A program made the position numbers and the translations under genes. The notes under the pieces were generated by a model, which saw nothing but the letters and a program-made list of their open reading frames with translations, was not told the DNA's origin and made no database searches. A DNA stretch of 64,000 bases from Eledone cirrhosa (taxonomy: Eukaryota): NCBI GenBank assembly GCA_964016885.1, contig OZ024741.1:178746001-178810000 (forward strand). The letters run 5' to 3'. Below, one piece after another: positions 45,187-59,619 of the stretch (the stretch's first letter is position 1; the number at the start of each line of letters is the position of its first letter).

Positions 45187-45942
45187 GGGTATCAAAAAAT
45201 AAATATGGTATTTATAGGTCTCTACAAGTGGTAGGAGAGGGTGGGGAGTGGGATGGGTGCAGGTCATTGGTTGATAGAAAAGGGAATTCGTTAAAAGCTA
45301 ATTCTACAAAGCTATAGTTAATTTTTATTTTTATTTATATTTATTTATGTTTTTAGAGTAACAAAGGCAGACAGAATTCTATAAACAGGTTCCGGATGGC
45401 ATACCATTCCTTGTCAATAAGTTTCTCTTAAGCTAACAGATGTCTATAAAATCAGTGGGGGGTCAGTCATGCTCGATAGAATTAAAGAAAAGGGAGATTC
45501 TTTAAAAGCTAAAGTCATTAAGGTTCTACTAAGTGACAAAGGTCTAGAGAATTCTGCAGACAGATTCAAAATACTGAGTGCATATCTTACTATTATCTTC
45601 GAACTTCTCTTAAACTAATCAACAATATGCCAAAAATCAACAGACACATTCACAAAAAAACAAAAAAACAAAAAAACAGAAAAACAAAAAAACAAAAAAA
45701 CACACTTAAAAAACAAAAAAACACACATACTCACTCACACACTTACGCGCAACCATAAACACACACACAAACACATATACACACATAAAAACACACACAC
45801 ATATATAAAAAAATATATAAATATATATAAATATATATTCATGTACACACACATACATACACACATACATACATACATACATATATAATACATATACACA
45901 TATACATACACACACATATATACATATATATATATACACATA

Positions 45943-45999
<57 letters not shown>

Positions 46000-46011
46000 A
46001 CACACACGCAC

Positions 46012-46060
<49 letters not shown>

Positions 46061-46211
46061 GATACACACACACATACACATACATACACACACACATATA
46101 TACACAAATAAATACACTCACACGCATACATACAAACACGAGTATACATATGTATAAATATCTATACACACAGATTGTGCATTGTTCTCCATCTTTCATC
46201 TACGGATATCC

Positions 46212-46279
<68 letters not shown>

Positions 46280-47183
46280 GGATATCCGTAGATGAAAGAT
46301 GGAGAACAATGCACAATCTATTGCAAGACAGCGTATTTAGTATAAATAATATTTCATACGCTTAACATGTATGTGTGACTATTGGTTTCGGGTTCCAGTT
46401 ATGGCCACCACTTTATATTGGAGGAGGCTCTTTCAAACTGACGCCTCATCGGGCACACGTTGGAACTGTGTCAGCCTTAATTTATCTGTGGATAGTATAA
46501 GTTGCATGCTAATTCTCTAATACCTTTGATAGTAGGTTAGTAGTCAACAGTGGCTATCTCTCTTAGGAAAGTAAAACGACCAATATATATGTATTTACCT
46601 AACTGTCTATCTTTCCACCTGAATATCTGTCTAGATATCTTCCTACGTACCCGCATCTACCTGTCTAACGGCTGGGCAGCTGGAGATATGTGTGAATAAG
46701 AATAACAACAACAACAACAAGCCAGAAATCCCAAAAGTAGTCCGAGGGTGGAAATGTAGATAGATAGATAGATAGATAGGGATTTCAAACATATGGAAGA
46801 AAAAATTATTGTAATTAATTTAAATGAATGTAAAATCAAATATAGCGATGGCCAAAATATTATGGGGAGGAGATCAAGGAAAATAGAGGATTCATGCATT
46901 TTTATATAAAATTTTGTAAACTAGAAATTATCAAATAAAATATTTTTTTATAAACGCATTATATTTTGTGGATATTAAACTAATATATATATATAAATAT
47001 ATAATAGAAAAAACAAGGAAGTTTCGTTTACATATGAAAAATATTTATTGCGTATCGACCTGTTACGCGCGTTTTGCAGAGGATTGGCTGAAGGTGACCC
47101 ACTGAAGTTATGGACCCGACTCCATCCAGTATCGATCTCAGACTGGTGATGCGATAAAAGATACTATATATATATATGTATAT

Positions 47184-47369
47184 AATTGTTTCTACTTTAG
47201 GCACAAGGCCAGCAATTACCCAGTGCATTACTGGTACTTTATTTTATCGACCCCGTAAGGATGAAAGGCAAAGTCAACCTCGGCGGGATTTGAACTCAGA
47301 TCGTAAAGGGACGTAACTATGCTGGAAAGCATGGCGTCCGACCCTCTACCGATACTGCCAATCCACCGC
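47184..47369 (-). mobile_element. SINE copy
   Basis: Full reverse-complement consensus. Confidence 0.9.
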
Positions 47370-47655
47370 CATTTATATATGTATATAATAGAGAGTCGGG
47401 ATCCTACGACTGATCTCTTGCCGTTCCTACAGCCAACTTTTAATACTATTGTCATACTCTACTAACCCAAGTATCAAGTGCACTGATGAGTAATGTTCTA
47501 TCTAGTTCTAAACTGGTTCAATTCGGATATATACATATTTATATATATATATATATGTTTGTGCGTGTGTGTGTGTGTGTGTATGTATATATATCTCTCT
47601 CTATATATATATATATGTATGCGTATATACGTGTGTTTTTGTGTGTGTGTGTGTG

Positions 47656-47968
47656 ATGGCGTATGGCTTAGGGGTTTCAGTATTGGGTTTGCAATCACGA
47701 GGTTATGATTTCGAGTCTTGGAGTGGGTAATGCATTGTTTTCTTGAGCAAGACACCTTATTTAGCGTTGCTCAAGTTTACAAAGCAGTAGAAATGAGATG
47801 TGCCTTTACTGGTGTCAAGCTGTATTGGCCATTGCCTTTTCCTTGGACATCATCAGTGGAGTGGAGAGATGAGGCTTGCTTGCATGGGTGTCGGCTGGTC
47901 TTCCACAGACAACCTTGCCCGGACTTGTGCATCGGAGAGGAACTTTCTAGGTGCAAATCCCATGGTCA
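47656..47968 (+). mobile_element. Second tRNA-derived SINE family (central TTGAGCAAGACAC motif, V/Meta-domain-like)
   Basis: Head ggcgtatggcttagggg, B-box-like gatttcgagtc, core ttgagcaagacacc. Related copies at ~20233-20350 (+), 21365-21590 (-), 27200-27445 (-), 37816-37960 (+) and 51330-51450 (-). Confidence 0.75.
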
Positions 47969-48161
47969 TATATGTATATATGTTTGTTTGTATGTGTTTG
48001 AGTATATATATATATATATGTACGTCAATACTCATCTTTTTCCATTTATCTGAGGGTTCTACACCCCATTATCAGGCTAAAATTCCTTTAGTCAAAAATA
48101 CGGTGAAAGCTATTCTATTTTCAAATTTCAAACCTGCTCACTCTTTCAAAACATACTTACT

Positions 48162-48342
<181 letters not shown>

Positions 48343-49425
48343 TGTGTGTGTGTTTCTGTGGGTACGTATCTATGTTTGGATGTATGCATTTTAGATAGGA
48401 ACATGAAAAAAGCATGCTCGATACATGACAGCAAGGCTGAAACCAATCATACACTTCATATAGATTCAACTCTTTCGCAGGCAATGTACCTTGGGAAATA
48501 TAATTATCATACTACGGCTGAATAAATCGCTTGCAAGAGAAGAATGTTAACATAGCATGCAGAATAGTTTGAAATCATGAACCGTAATACGGAATTCTAT
48601 TATCATGGTCCTTTCCATATATATAGAGAGAGGGAGTGAAAGATAGATAGAGATAGAGAGAGTTAGAGTAAGAGAAAGAGTGGGAGAGAGACGTTATTTG
48701 CTTTAACGAACCAGAGAAATTGTAAACGAGAGCAAATTGTTCTTATCCTGTATAAAAACGCTGTGCGAATCCTTATGATAACCTAGGACTTGCTGATACA
48801 CTCGTATTTATGTATACATATATATATAGCAAGTCCTAGGTTATTTTATCATAGGGATCATATATATATATGTGTGTGTGTGTGAGTGTGTGTATTTATA
48901 GAGAGTCAGATAGAGAGAAAAAGAGTAAAAGAGTGAGTGAGTGAAACATATATGTAGATGGATAGATTTCTTTCTTTCTTTTGCCACAGGGGCGTAGAAA
49001 AGTGGGACATTACAGGACGTGACGGCGGGGAACAATAAACTATATATAATAAAATAACAATTGAAATCCTCAATAGAGGGGAGGGGCGTTACTGTTTTAC
49101 ACCCCGTGGATATAGATAGATTGATAGATAGACAGATATGTACGCATTTGTACATAGATATGTCTGTGCATTTATGTATGTATGTGTGGATACATATAAT
49201 AATGAGTATTTAAGCATGTACATTTATATATATATTTGTATGTATTTATATATGTATGAATGAATGTATGAATGTATGTGTGCGTGGGCGTGTATATGTC
49301 TGTGTGCACGTGTCTGTGAAGTGGAAGATATATGTCCCTGTATATGAGCAGTATATTGCACGAATAAGGTCGTATTAATATTGTAATGGCGGACTGACTA
49401 TCGGGTTTTCTTCTGTATGTATGTA

Positions 49426-49504
<79 letters not shown>

Positions 49505-49581
49505 GTATGTATTTATGCATGTATGTCCGAATATATGTATATGTATATTCAGACATACCATCTATGAATCTAAATACATGC

Positions 49582-49652
<71 letters not shown>

Positions 49653-49754
49653 TGTATTTAGATTGATAGATTTAGATGGATGGGTATACAGATAAATAGT
49701 GAGAGAGAGCGATAGATAGACATGCAGACAAATAAACATATCTATAGACATATC

Positions 49755-49821
<67 letters not shown>

Positions 49822-50401
49822 TCTCGCAGTTTTCAGGTATTAAGGTAGATTAAAATCTAATGTTCAATGATCTTCTCTTCTCAAATGTTAAGGAAATGGT
49901 ATAATCACGTATATTTTGTCAGTACACCACCATGAATGAGTTGGCCAAAACACTCAACGAAATTGCTTACTTTCTCTTGAAAGAAGGCAGCAATCTAAAT
50001 TGCTGATATTCTCCATCACCTGGCAAGAACATCTTGTCTCTAGACGAATCATTATAGGATCTTTTTTAACACTTGTCAATTCAACCATTAGCGATGATTT
50101 TGGTACTGGCGCACAGATTGAATTTAAATTTCTTCCTCGTGCTTTTGTATATCTTTGTTCTTCATTTTACTTTTTCTAGCTATGATTTGCATTATTAGAC
50201 TTAAATTGATAGGAACAATATATTTATGTATTAATTTTCTTACTTCTTGTGGTTTTTGGCTTGAATCTTAACTGAACTTGTTTTACTGTCTGGGTCATGA
50301 GTTGAGGCTTTGATTTAATAAAATATTTTAGTTTTAAAAAGATAATAATAAATTTATAGCGCCTCAACAAATGTTTCTTTGTCATTATTTACATATAAAA
50401 A

Positions 50402-50538
50402 AGTTACGTCCCTTTACGATCTGAGTTGAAATCCCGCCGAGGTTGACTTTGCGTTTCATCCTTACGGGGTCGATAAAATAAAGTACCAGTAATGCACTAG
50501 GTAATTGCTGGCCTTGTGCCTAAAGTAGAAACAATTAT
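50402..50538 (+). mobile_element. 5'-truncated SINE copy with target-site duplication
   Basis: Flanked on both sides by attattttacatataaaaa. Confidence 0.85.
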
Positions 50539-51866
50539 TTACATATAAAAATTTGTTAAACGTGTAACAATGAACGTTAGATCACGAGAGATGACTAACA
50601 AATAAAAAATATAGAAGGAGGATAATGTCAGGATTTCAAACGCATTGCATAAATGTCTACTGTATTGTTTGCAAACTTTAGCATATGAGATCACATATTT
50701 CAATCGAAGGTTTATTCGACTGAATCGGCTCCAATACTTGGCTGGTATTTATTTTACTCACACAAAAAAGATGAAATATGAAATGTAAACGGTTGTATTT
50801 ATGCGAATGAGTATGCATGAATATTTGTTAGATTGTTAAATTGTTAGATTGTTAAATTGTTAGATTGTAGACAGTTCATATATGTGTATAGCCTATATAT
50901 AGCCTATGTATGAGATGTGTGTAGTATGTATATATTGTATCTGTAACTTCCGTATAATCTGCATGTAGCCTTTAACCAGTCAGTAGCTTGTATATATTCT
51001 GTGTATAAACTGCCTATAAACCGACTATAGCCTTTGTATAGCATGTATAACTTGTGCATAACCGGAGGATGCTTAAGTTTAGCTTGTTCAGAAGCCGTAT
51101 GTTGCCTTTGTATAATTATGTATAACCTTCTTATAGCCCTGAGTGTAGCGGGATTGATATGAAATTTCTTTGGAGAGGTATCAAGATGCGATAAAGTATT
51201 GATACACACTAACAATTCAATCAGCCAATTTTGTTTACGAAAACAAAGGAGTCAATTGTCATATCGCACGAAGGTAATATAGTTTTACATTGGTCATTTC
51301 ATTGTTGATACTATATTCTGGTCGCAAAATCATTGCAGAAGGAGCAACGTAAAATTTTGCTCAAAAATATATCGCACTCCACACTCTAGGAATGAATCAA
51401 ACCACCGACATTATGATAGTGAATATAACACTCTAACCACTAAGCAACATATTCACAGTTGTCTAGACAATTTAATAAATCCGGAAATTACTTTGTTGTT
51501 GTTGGTTTTTTGTTTTGTTATTGCTTTTATTTTTCTTCTAAACACTTAGAAATCTGTATTTCATTTTGACAAGTCAGTAAATGATATTACTTTTTTATGG
51601 CATTATTTTGACATATCTTTAGTTAAATGATATCAATGATCAAATAAGCATCAAAATAATGAATATAAATGACGAGAGAGTAACATAGGTGTTGATAACA
51701 TTGCATATCGGAGGATCCATCATAAACATTATATAAATACAGTATTGTTAAGATATTGCACTTGTTCTATCATAGTTGTTATATTAGTGATAGTGGTGTC
51801 ATATATGTACGCATATATATACACACATATATATATATATATGTGTGTGTGTGCGCGCATGCATAC

Positions 51867-51932
<66 letters not shown>

Positions 51933-52126
51933 TTAATATAGATGAGATTCTACAAGACTAGAACTGTTTCATTCTTTAGAAATCATCATCATTCTTTAGA
52001 AATCATCATATATATATACACACACAAACACATGTATTCATATAAATATGAATGTATATATATGTATGTGTATACATATGAATGTATATATGTATACATA
52101 TGTATGTATATATGTATATATATAGG

Positions 52127-52186
<60 letters not shown>

Positions 52187-52404
52187 GAAGTTATATTTAA
52201 TTTGTTGGGATACAACAAGCAAATATTTTTTATAACTGATATAAAGCACTCAACAAATTATTGGAGTAAAAATACAATATATTAACAAATGGAAACTATA
52301 TTTATAAAACCATATTTATTACATTATACATTGCTTTGGTGTCCTTGAAATATGTATAATGAAATAAATATGGTATTATAAATACAGTTTCCATTTGTTA
52401 ATAT

Positions 52405-52527
<123 letters not shown>

Positions 52528-52528
52528 G

Positions 52529-52559
<31 letters not shown>

Positions 52560-52937
52560 GTATATATATATAGGTATATATATATATGTATATATATGTA
52601 TATATATATATAGGTATATATAGTATTTACGTATCGAGAAAGAGAGAAAAAAGGAGGGATAGGTGATACATATAGTTATTTGCCAAGTAGCGTATGCCAA
52701 AGGTGCTCGATACTAGTGCCGGCAGTATTAAATATTCGAAGTGTTAATATTTAGTGGGCTAGAGAGTTAGGTATATATATATATGTATATATATGTATAT
52801 ATATATATATGTATATATGTATATATATGTATCTATATGTATATGTATATATTTATATATATATATGTATATGTATATATTTATATATGTATATATTTAT
52901 ATATGTATATATTTATATATGTATATATATATTAATA

Positions 52938-53012
<75 letters not shown>

Positions 53013-53062
53013 ATTTATATATATATTTATATGTATATGTATATATTTATATATATATTTAT

Positions 53063-53093
<31 letters not shown>

Positions 53094-53245
53094 TATATAT
53101 ATGTATATTTATATATGCAAAGTTTTATTTAAATTGTTGGGTTACAACGAGTAAATATTTATAACTGATATAAAAGCACTCAACAAGTATTTGGAGTATA
53201 TTTACGATATTAAATAAATGGAAACTATATTTATAAAACCATATT

Positions 53246-53334
53246 TATTTCATTATATATATTTCAGGGATATCATATTAAAAATATTAAAAATATCATA
53301 TTAAAAATATGCTATGCCTTCTTCAGACAAAATA
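53246..53334 (-). ncRNA. Minimal type I hammerhead ribozyme
   Basis: Minus strand reads tattttgt-CTGAAGA-agg...cct-GAAA-tatata-TA-atgaaata with palindromic stem III. Mutated sister copies on + at ~14939-15004 and ~53476-53541. Confidence 0.7.
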
Positions 53335-53694
53335 CAATATAAACAGTCTTATAAATAGATAGATTCGACATACCTTTCAACTTCGACTTCCATTTGAAAA
53401 GTAATCAACTTTTCAAATAGAAGTCGAAGTTGAAAGGTATGTCGAATCTATCTATTTATAAGACTGTTTATATTGTATTTTGTCTGAAGAAGGCATAGAA
53501 TATTTTTAATATGATATCCCTCAAATATATATAATGAAATAAATATGGTTTTATAAATATAGTTTCCATTTATTTAATATCGTATATTTATATATATATT
53601 TATATGTATATGTATATATTTATATATATATTTATATGTATATATATATATATATAGATGTATATTTTTATATATATTTATATGTATATATATA

Positions 53695-53810
<116 letters not shown>

Positions 53811-53819
53811 TTATATATA

Positions 53820-53864
<45 letters not shown>

Positions 53865-54177
53865 TTATTTACGATGGTTAGTGAATATACAATATATTTT
53901 TGAGAGTATTGCGTGTGTTAGTGTGTATACGTATGTGCATGTATACTAACATAGTACCCGTCAAAATGACGCAATTTTTAGTTTTAAAAATATTCCATTT
54001 AATAATTGAGTATAACATTTGTTGTAAGCTTCGATTTCCTTGTAACCCTCGATTTGCTTGTAACCTTCGATTTCCTTGCCATTCTCTCTGTTCACTCCGA
54101 CAATCGGTGTATTTGATTTCACATCAAATTAATTAAATTACAATAATTTTCTTCCACGTATTCTTTAATCAGTATTA

Positions 54178-54360
54178 TTGGCAGTATCGGTAGGGGGTCG
54201 CACGCCATGCTTTGACGCATAGAGTTACGGCCCTTGCCATTCTGAGTTCAAATCCCGCCGAGGTTAACTTTGCCTTTCATCCTTACGGGGTCGATAAAAT
54301 AAAGTACCAGTCATGCACTGGATAATTGCTGGCCTTGTGCCAAAACTAGAAACAATTATT
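54178..54360 (+). mobile_element. SINE copy
   Basis: Full consensus. Confidence 0.9.
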
Positions 54361-54469
54361 AAACGTCTATCCACTCAATTTAGTGATTTTGTTCTATCTG
54401 TCTATCTATCTATCTATTTAGAGAAAGATATCTATTTATCTTTATTTAACATCGAATGAGAGGTCTTTT

Positions 54470-54932
54470 ACCTCTCTTTGGTGGCTATGGCGAAAGCAGT
54501 GATATGGTAGACAAAACTGAAAGGACTAACGGCAAACACCTTCCTCTCGGACAATACCTCATTCCCTTCTTTAAATACTACTTCAAAAGGAAGGTGTGAG
54601 TAGAGAGAGAGGTGCTGCACCGCAGTAAATTTACTGAAAGGTGGGTGAATGTGGCGAAAATGGCCCGACTGAATGGGCCTTCTCTGTATATAAACCTGTA
54701 GGTTGAAGAAGACAAAAGAGAGAAGACAGGAGCACTTTCATAACATGCTCCTGGTGTTGAGGCTTGTTCTTTCTACGGGGTATAAAACAACTCCGCAGTA
54801 ACGTTCCCATTTATTGCGGATTTCGATTGTTCATTTCAACCGATATATTTGTTTACACGACTATTTATACAACCCCGCCGCCATGTCTTGTAATGTCCCA
54901 TTTCTTGTGCGCCCTTGTGGCAAATAAAGAAT
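54470..54932 (+). mobile_element. Tx1/L1-like LINE 3' end with 3' UTR
   Basis: VAMAKAVIW..FKRKV*VEREVL..FTERWVNVAKMARLN; ends cccttgtggcaaataaagaa followed by an (ATCT)-like repeat. Confidence 0.65.
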
Positions 54933-55031
54933 CATATCTATCTAACTATCTGTTTATCTATTTATCTATCTATGTTCGGACTGCTACTGGGATTTGGGCT
55001 TTGTTGTTATTGTTTTTCTTGTCCGAAGATA

Positions 55032-55079
<48 letters not shown>

Positions 55080-55091
55080 GTGTGTTTATAC

Positions 55092-55122
<31 letters not shown>

Positions 55123-57214
55123 TGTATGTATGTCTCCTTCTTAATAAGGAAGATGAATAAAACTTACCTCTTAATTTTAAATCTTTAATTTTTAGTTTTT
55201 AATTCTTATTAATTCTTTTTAATTGTAATACTGAGCATTTGATAAGACGAATTTTAATAATACATCGAAACCGGTAATACTTTATATACTTTATATACAT
55301 TATAAAACTCTTTTCTAAAAGAATTGTCCCTCTCATCTTTTCAATAATGTCACTTTGACGAATCAGAGAAAGGAAAAAAAAAAAAAAACAGACCCTAATA
55401 TATATTTTCCGTGCTATTTCCAACTTCACCTTTTCTCTCTCTCTCTCTCTCTCGAGGGAGAGAGGGGGGGAGAGAGTGGCAGAGAGTAATGCTACTTGAC
55501 CACTGAACAGCTTGTCAAAACAGTTTGAGGGAGAGATAGGTAGGGAGGAATATATCAAATTACCATTTCCTTGTTAAAATCAACACAAAGTTGTTTTGGA
55601 ATGACCTTGTGTTTTCTTATTAAAAAGATATATATATATATATAATCGTAAATACAACTTCCCCTTCAGTGAAAAGAAGAAAACTTGAAAATTACGTTTC
55701 TCTTGTGCAAAATTCTACAGTAAAACAAAAACAAAAAAGTTTCCGTGTTATTTTTAATTACTATCAGAATGTGATCTTCGTTTTTTGTTTTGTATTTTTT
55801 TTTTTTGTCGGCTGTTTGTTTTGTTTGTTTTTGTTTGTTTTGTTTTGTTTTTGTCGGCTGTTTGTTTTTTGTTGTTGTTTGTTTGAGGCTTCTATTTTTA
55901 TCGTTTTGTATTTTGTTTTACCTTGCGAAACTGTTTATTTTTTATATAATTTATGTCTTTATTCTGTTTTTTTTTTTGTCATTTTTTTAGTTACTTTACT
56001 TGACTATCCTTATGATTTGTTGAAGAAGTTTTGTATTTCGTGTGTGTATCTGTATGTATGTATCTATGTATGTATGTATGTATGTATGCATGTATGTATG
56101 TATGAATATATGTATGTATGTATTTATGTATGTATGTATAGATGGAGGGATGGAAGTGTGTATGTATGTATTGCTTTTTTATTATATGTTGTGGCTTGAT
56201 GATGCAATTAGAGAGTCAGTACAAAGTTTCTGTCTGTTGCTGAAAGGAAGTATATAGTTGTCACCTTTTGAAGAGTTGACGTTCGTTGTTGAGTCACCCA
56301 CGCCATCAACGTGTCGCTGCACAATATTACAAGGATGATTGTTTTGCATTGTTTCACATTGTATTACGTAAGCATATATATTTCCCAGGCTGGCAATATA
56401 CCAACATAATATTCACTCTTCATTCTCTTTCATGTGCATCTACACTTATTTTAAAATAAACTTAAAACGATGTTTTCCAACAAACGTTAAAGATACTACC
56501 GTTTTAGTGTTTTCAAACAATCCCGACACTTCAAATCATCCATAACGTTAATTTTTGCACTCATCGATTTTCACACAATCTCGATGAAATGTATCAATAA
56601 AATAGCGTTTTTATTTTTATTAATGTACTTTATTGTAAAGACAATAAAAAATTATGGTGACTATTATGGTACCAATAATACCATTCTGTGAAACATTTGG
56701 CAAGTCTCTTGCTAATACAAGATCAAGAACGACAATAAAAATTGCGATTACTGCCAATAAGAACAAGCATCAATGATTACCATAAGATTAGCAAGAGAAT
56801 AACTATGAATATAAATTAATACCAATAACAAGAATTATCGCTTCAACAACACCTCAGTCTTGAATTAGCACTAAATACAAAACTACACAACAGCAGGAGT
56901 GAAAAAAAAAAGACATTTTCATTGTTTTATAAGAGCGGTAAGGTATAAATATAGTTACTAAGACAGCGAATACAAACACACCAACTGTTACAATCATTCT
57001 AAACTTGAGTAATAAAACAGAAATATCTACAACTTGACTGGAGTGGTCTTTAATCATTGCTATGTTATGTTATGAGCATTCGACTCCTGATGAAGTTATA
57101 GCAGTGTCGTCATGGGCATTAAATCTGACGGAGCCAATCCCTCACCAGGTTTGCACACAGTCAGTTTCTTCCAGATAGAGAGTCGAGGGAAAGAAAGATA
57201 AAAGAACAAAGCCC

Positions 57215-57919
57215 AGTACTGGATTGGTACTTTATTTATTCCCCCGAAAGTTTGAAAGGCAAAGTTTACCTAATTTAGATTTGAACTCAAATCATAAACT
57301 GCCAAAAGAAAAATGCCACTAAGACTTCTGTGCGACGCCATAACGATTCTGCTAATCCGCCAATCCTTTTTTACAAATAATTGTTTCTATTTTTGGCACA
57401 AGGCCAGCAATTATTACAGTGCATTACTGGTACTTTATTTTATTGACCCCGTAAGGATGAAAGGCAAAGTTAAGCTCGGCTGGATTTGAACTCAGACCAC
57501 AAAGGGACGTAACTCTATGCTGCAAAGCATGACGTCCGACCATCTACCGATACTGCCAATAATGATTTCTAATATACCTCTTTCGATGCCGTAATTCTAA
57601 TGAAACACACTATGTGTTCCAGATGATTTTGAAAAATCGTCAAATATTTAGAGGAATTTAATCAAATAACTAACACGTTTATTAATAAATTTAAATTTAG
57701 AATATTACTTAACAAAAATGTTCTTAATTAAAATAATTGTTTCTACTTTTGGCACAAGGCCAGCAATTATCCCAGTGTATTACTGGTACTTTATTTTATC
57801 GACCCCATGAGGATGAAAGGCAAAGTTAACCTCGGCGGGATTTGAACTCAGTCAATAAAGAGCCGTAACTCTTTGCTTTCAAAGCATGGCGTCTGGCCCT
57901 CTACCGATACTGCCAATCC
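57215..57919 (-). mobile_element. SINE cluster (one old and two young copies)
   Basis: Copies at ~57215-57362, 57377-57560 and 57733-57919. Confidence 0.85.
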
Positions 57920-57974
57920 TAATGATTGTAGGATATAATATTAGAAGAAACATTTTGAAATAAGCAATTTTTAT

Positions 57975-58500
57975 CATCCATTCAAGCTCATGGGTGTTAT
58001 CCAACCATCTTGCTTGGGGTCTACCTCTGAGTCTCCTGTCGGTTGGTTTAGCCTGTAAAACCTGTCCAGAGATTCTTACCTGAGACAATCTAACGACACG
58101 TCCATAGTGTAGTATCGGAGCTGTGATCTCTCAATTCAGAGAAGTAGCGGCTCTACCTGGATGGACTCTCTAGTGTCCGAGCTATTCACTCTATCGAGTA
58201 ACGTTACTCCGAAGGCCCTTCGGAGGAATTCCATTTCGGCCGCTTGTATTCGCGATCGTATACTTTCGGTCATTATCCAATACTCATGACCATAATCAAG
58301 GGTTGGCACCAATACAAAATTGAAGAACGCGAGTTAGGCTTTAACACCTATTTCCCTTCTTCTGATTACCGAATGCTGAAGCTGGTGCATTACTGCACCA
58401 GCTCCTGTAATTATTGCACTTAATTCAGCCTCCTGTCTTCCATCCCTCATGAACACAGCTCCGAGATACTTGAACTTCTCTACTTGCTTCAGTGGACTGA
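57975..58500 (-). mobile_element. RTE-clade LINE C-terminal fragment
   Basis: LKQVEKFKYLG, YGHEYWIMTE..RSRIQAAEMEFLRR, RGRPQARWLD. Confidence 0.85.
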
Positions 58501-59556
58501 AAAGGGCACTCACTGACATGTAAAGGGCACTGCACAGGCTTCCCTTATAACATTTGTAGGAGATCTTCTCTCAGTTATAACGCCACCGCAACATATCCCG
58601 ATAATTTCTAAGAGGAAAGGCTCTGTCCATTATATTAGTACACCCATCTTCACCAGAAATTTTGAATAGATAATATGTCACTTATATCACCACATCCAGC
58701 ACTCCAGTAATTTCATGGAGGAGATGGTCTATCCATTAATCGTCACACCCAACTTACTCCTGTACTTGACTACTACTTTATTTACCCGACCTCGACAAAA
58801 TTTGAACTCAGAGCCTACTACTACTACTACTATTAATACAGTTGCCACTTGCAATTGAGTATGAGATGGTTGTGTGAACAACGCTTTCTCTAAGGGGTTT
58901 AGGCGTTCATGTAACTGCAAGCCGACAGAGGAACACTCATCACCCTCTCGACCCTTGCTCATTTCGTCATGTGGAACATGCCGGATATGATAGCTGCTAA
59001 GAAAGAAGGCTGCAATAGTAATGAGCTGGTACTTTCTTCGTCGACCTTGTAAAGGACATCGGCGTGATTTGAACTAAGAACACAGACTCGGAACAATTAC
59101 TCAACCCTCGAACGACTCTATTAAATTGACTGTTTGAACTCAGGACGTAAATATGTAATATAACAGGTTTCGTATCACATTAATAAAAGTATAATTAATA
59201 TATTACATGGTGTAGGGAATGTATTATCCATGTTTTAATGTTTATTGAGTCATTTTATAATAGGTTTCATATCACAAATCACAACATATGCGCTAAAAGG
59301 TTAATACCATTAACATAACACAATTCTTATTACACATGCTATACATAGCAGAAGAAACTCTTAAATTATATTAGAAACAACAAGCTGATACTGTACATTA
59401 AAAGAAGGAGTTTCTTGTCAATGTAGCCCTCTCTCCCGCATCCCCCTCCCCCCCAAAAAAGAAAATAATACACAATGCTGCACGTAAATGGGGTGTATCG
59501 AGTGACACAGTAGAAACTCGTAAGAAACTATCGAAATATTAATGATAATAACAATT

Positions 59557-59587
<31 letters not shown>

Positions 59588-59619
59588 CCATCTTCTTCTC
59601 TTCTTCATCATCATCATTT

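Noticed and set aside
48984-49109. Possible MITE with ccacaggggcgta / tacaccccgtgg ends
   Set aside because: TIR too short and imperfect; single copy; no TSD seen.
53945-54430. Second Helitron-like remnant
   Set aside because: A hairpin-like end is present, but CTAG is mutated and the other end is uncertain.
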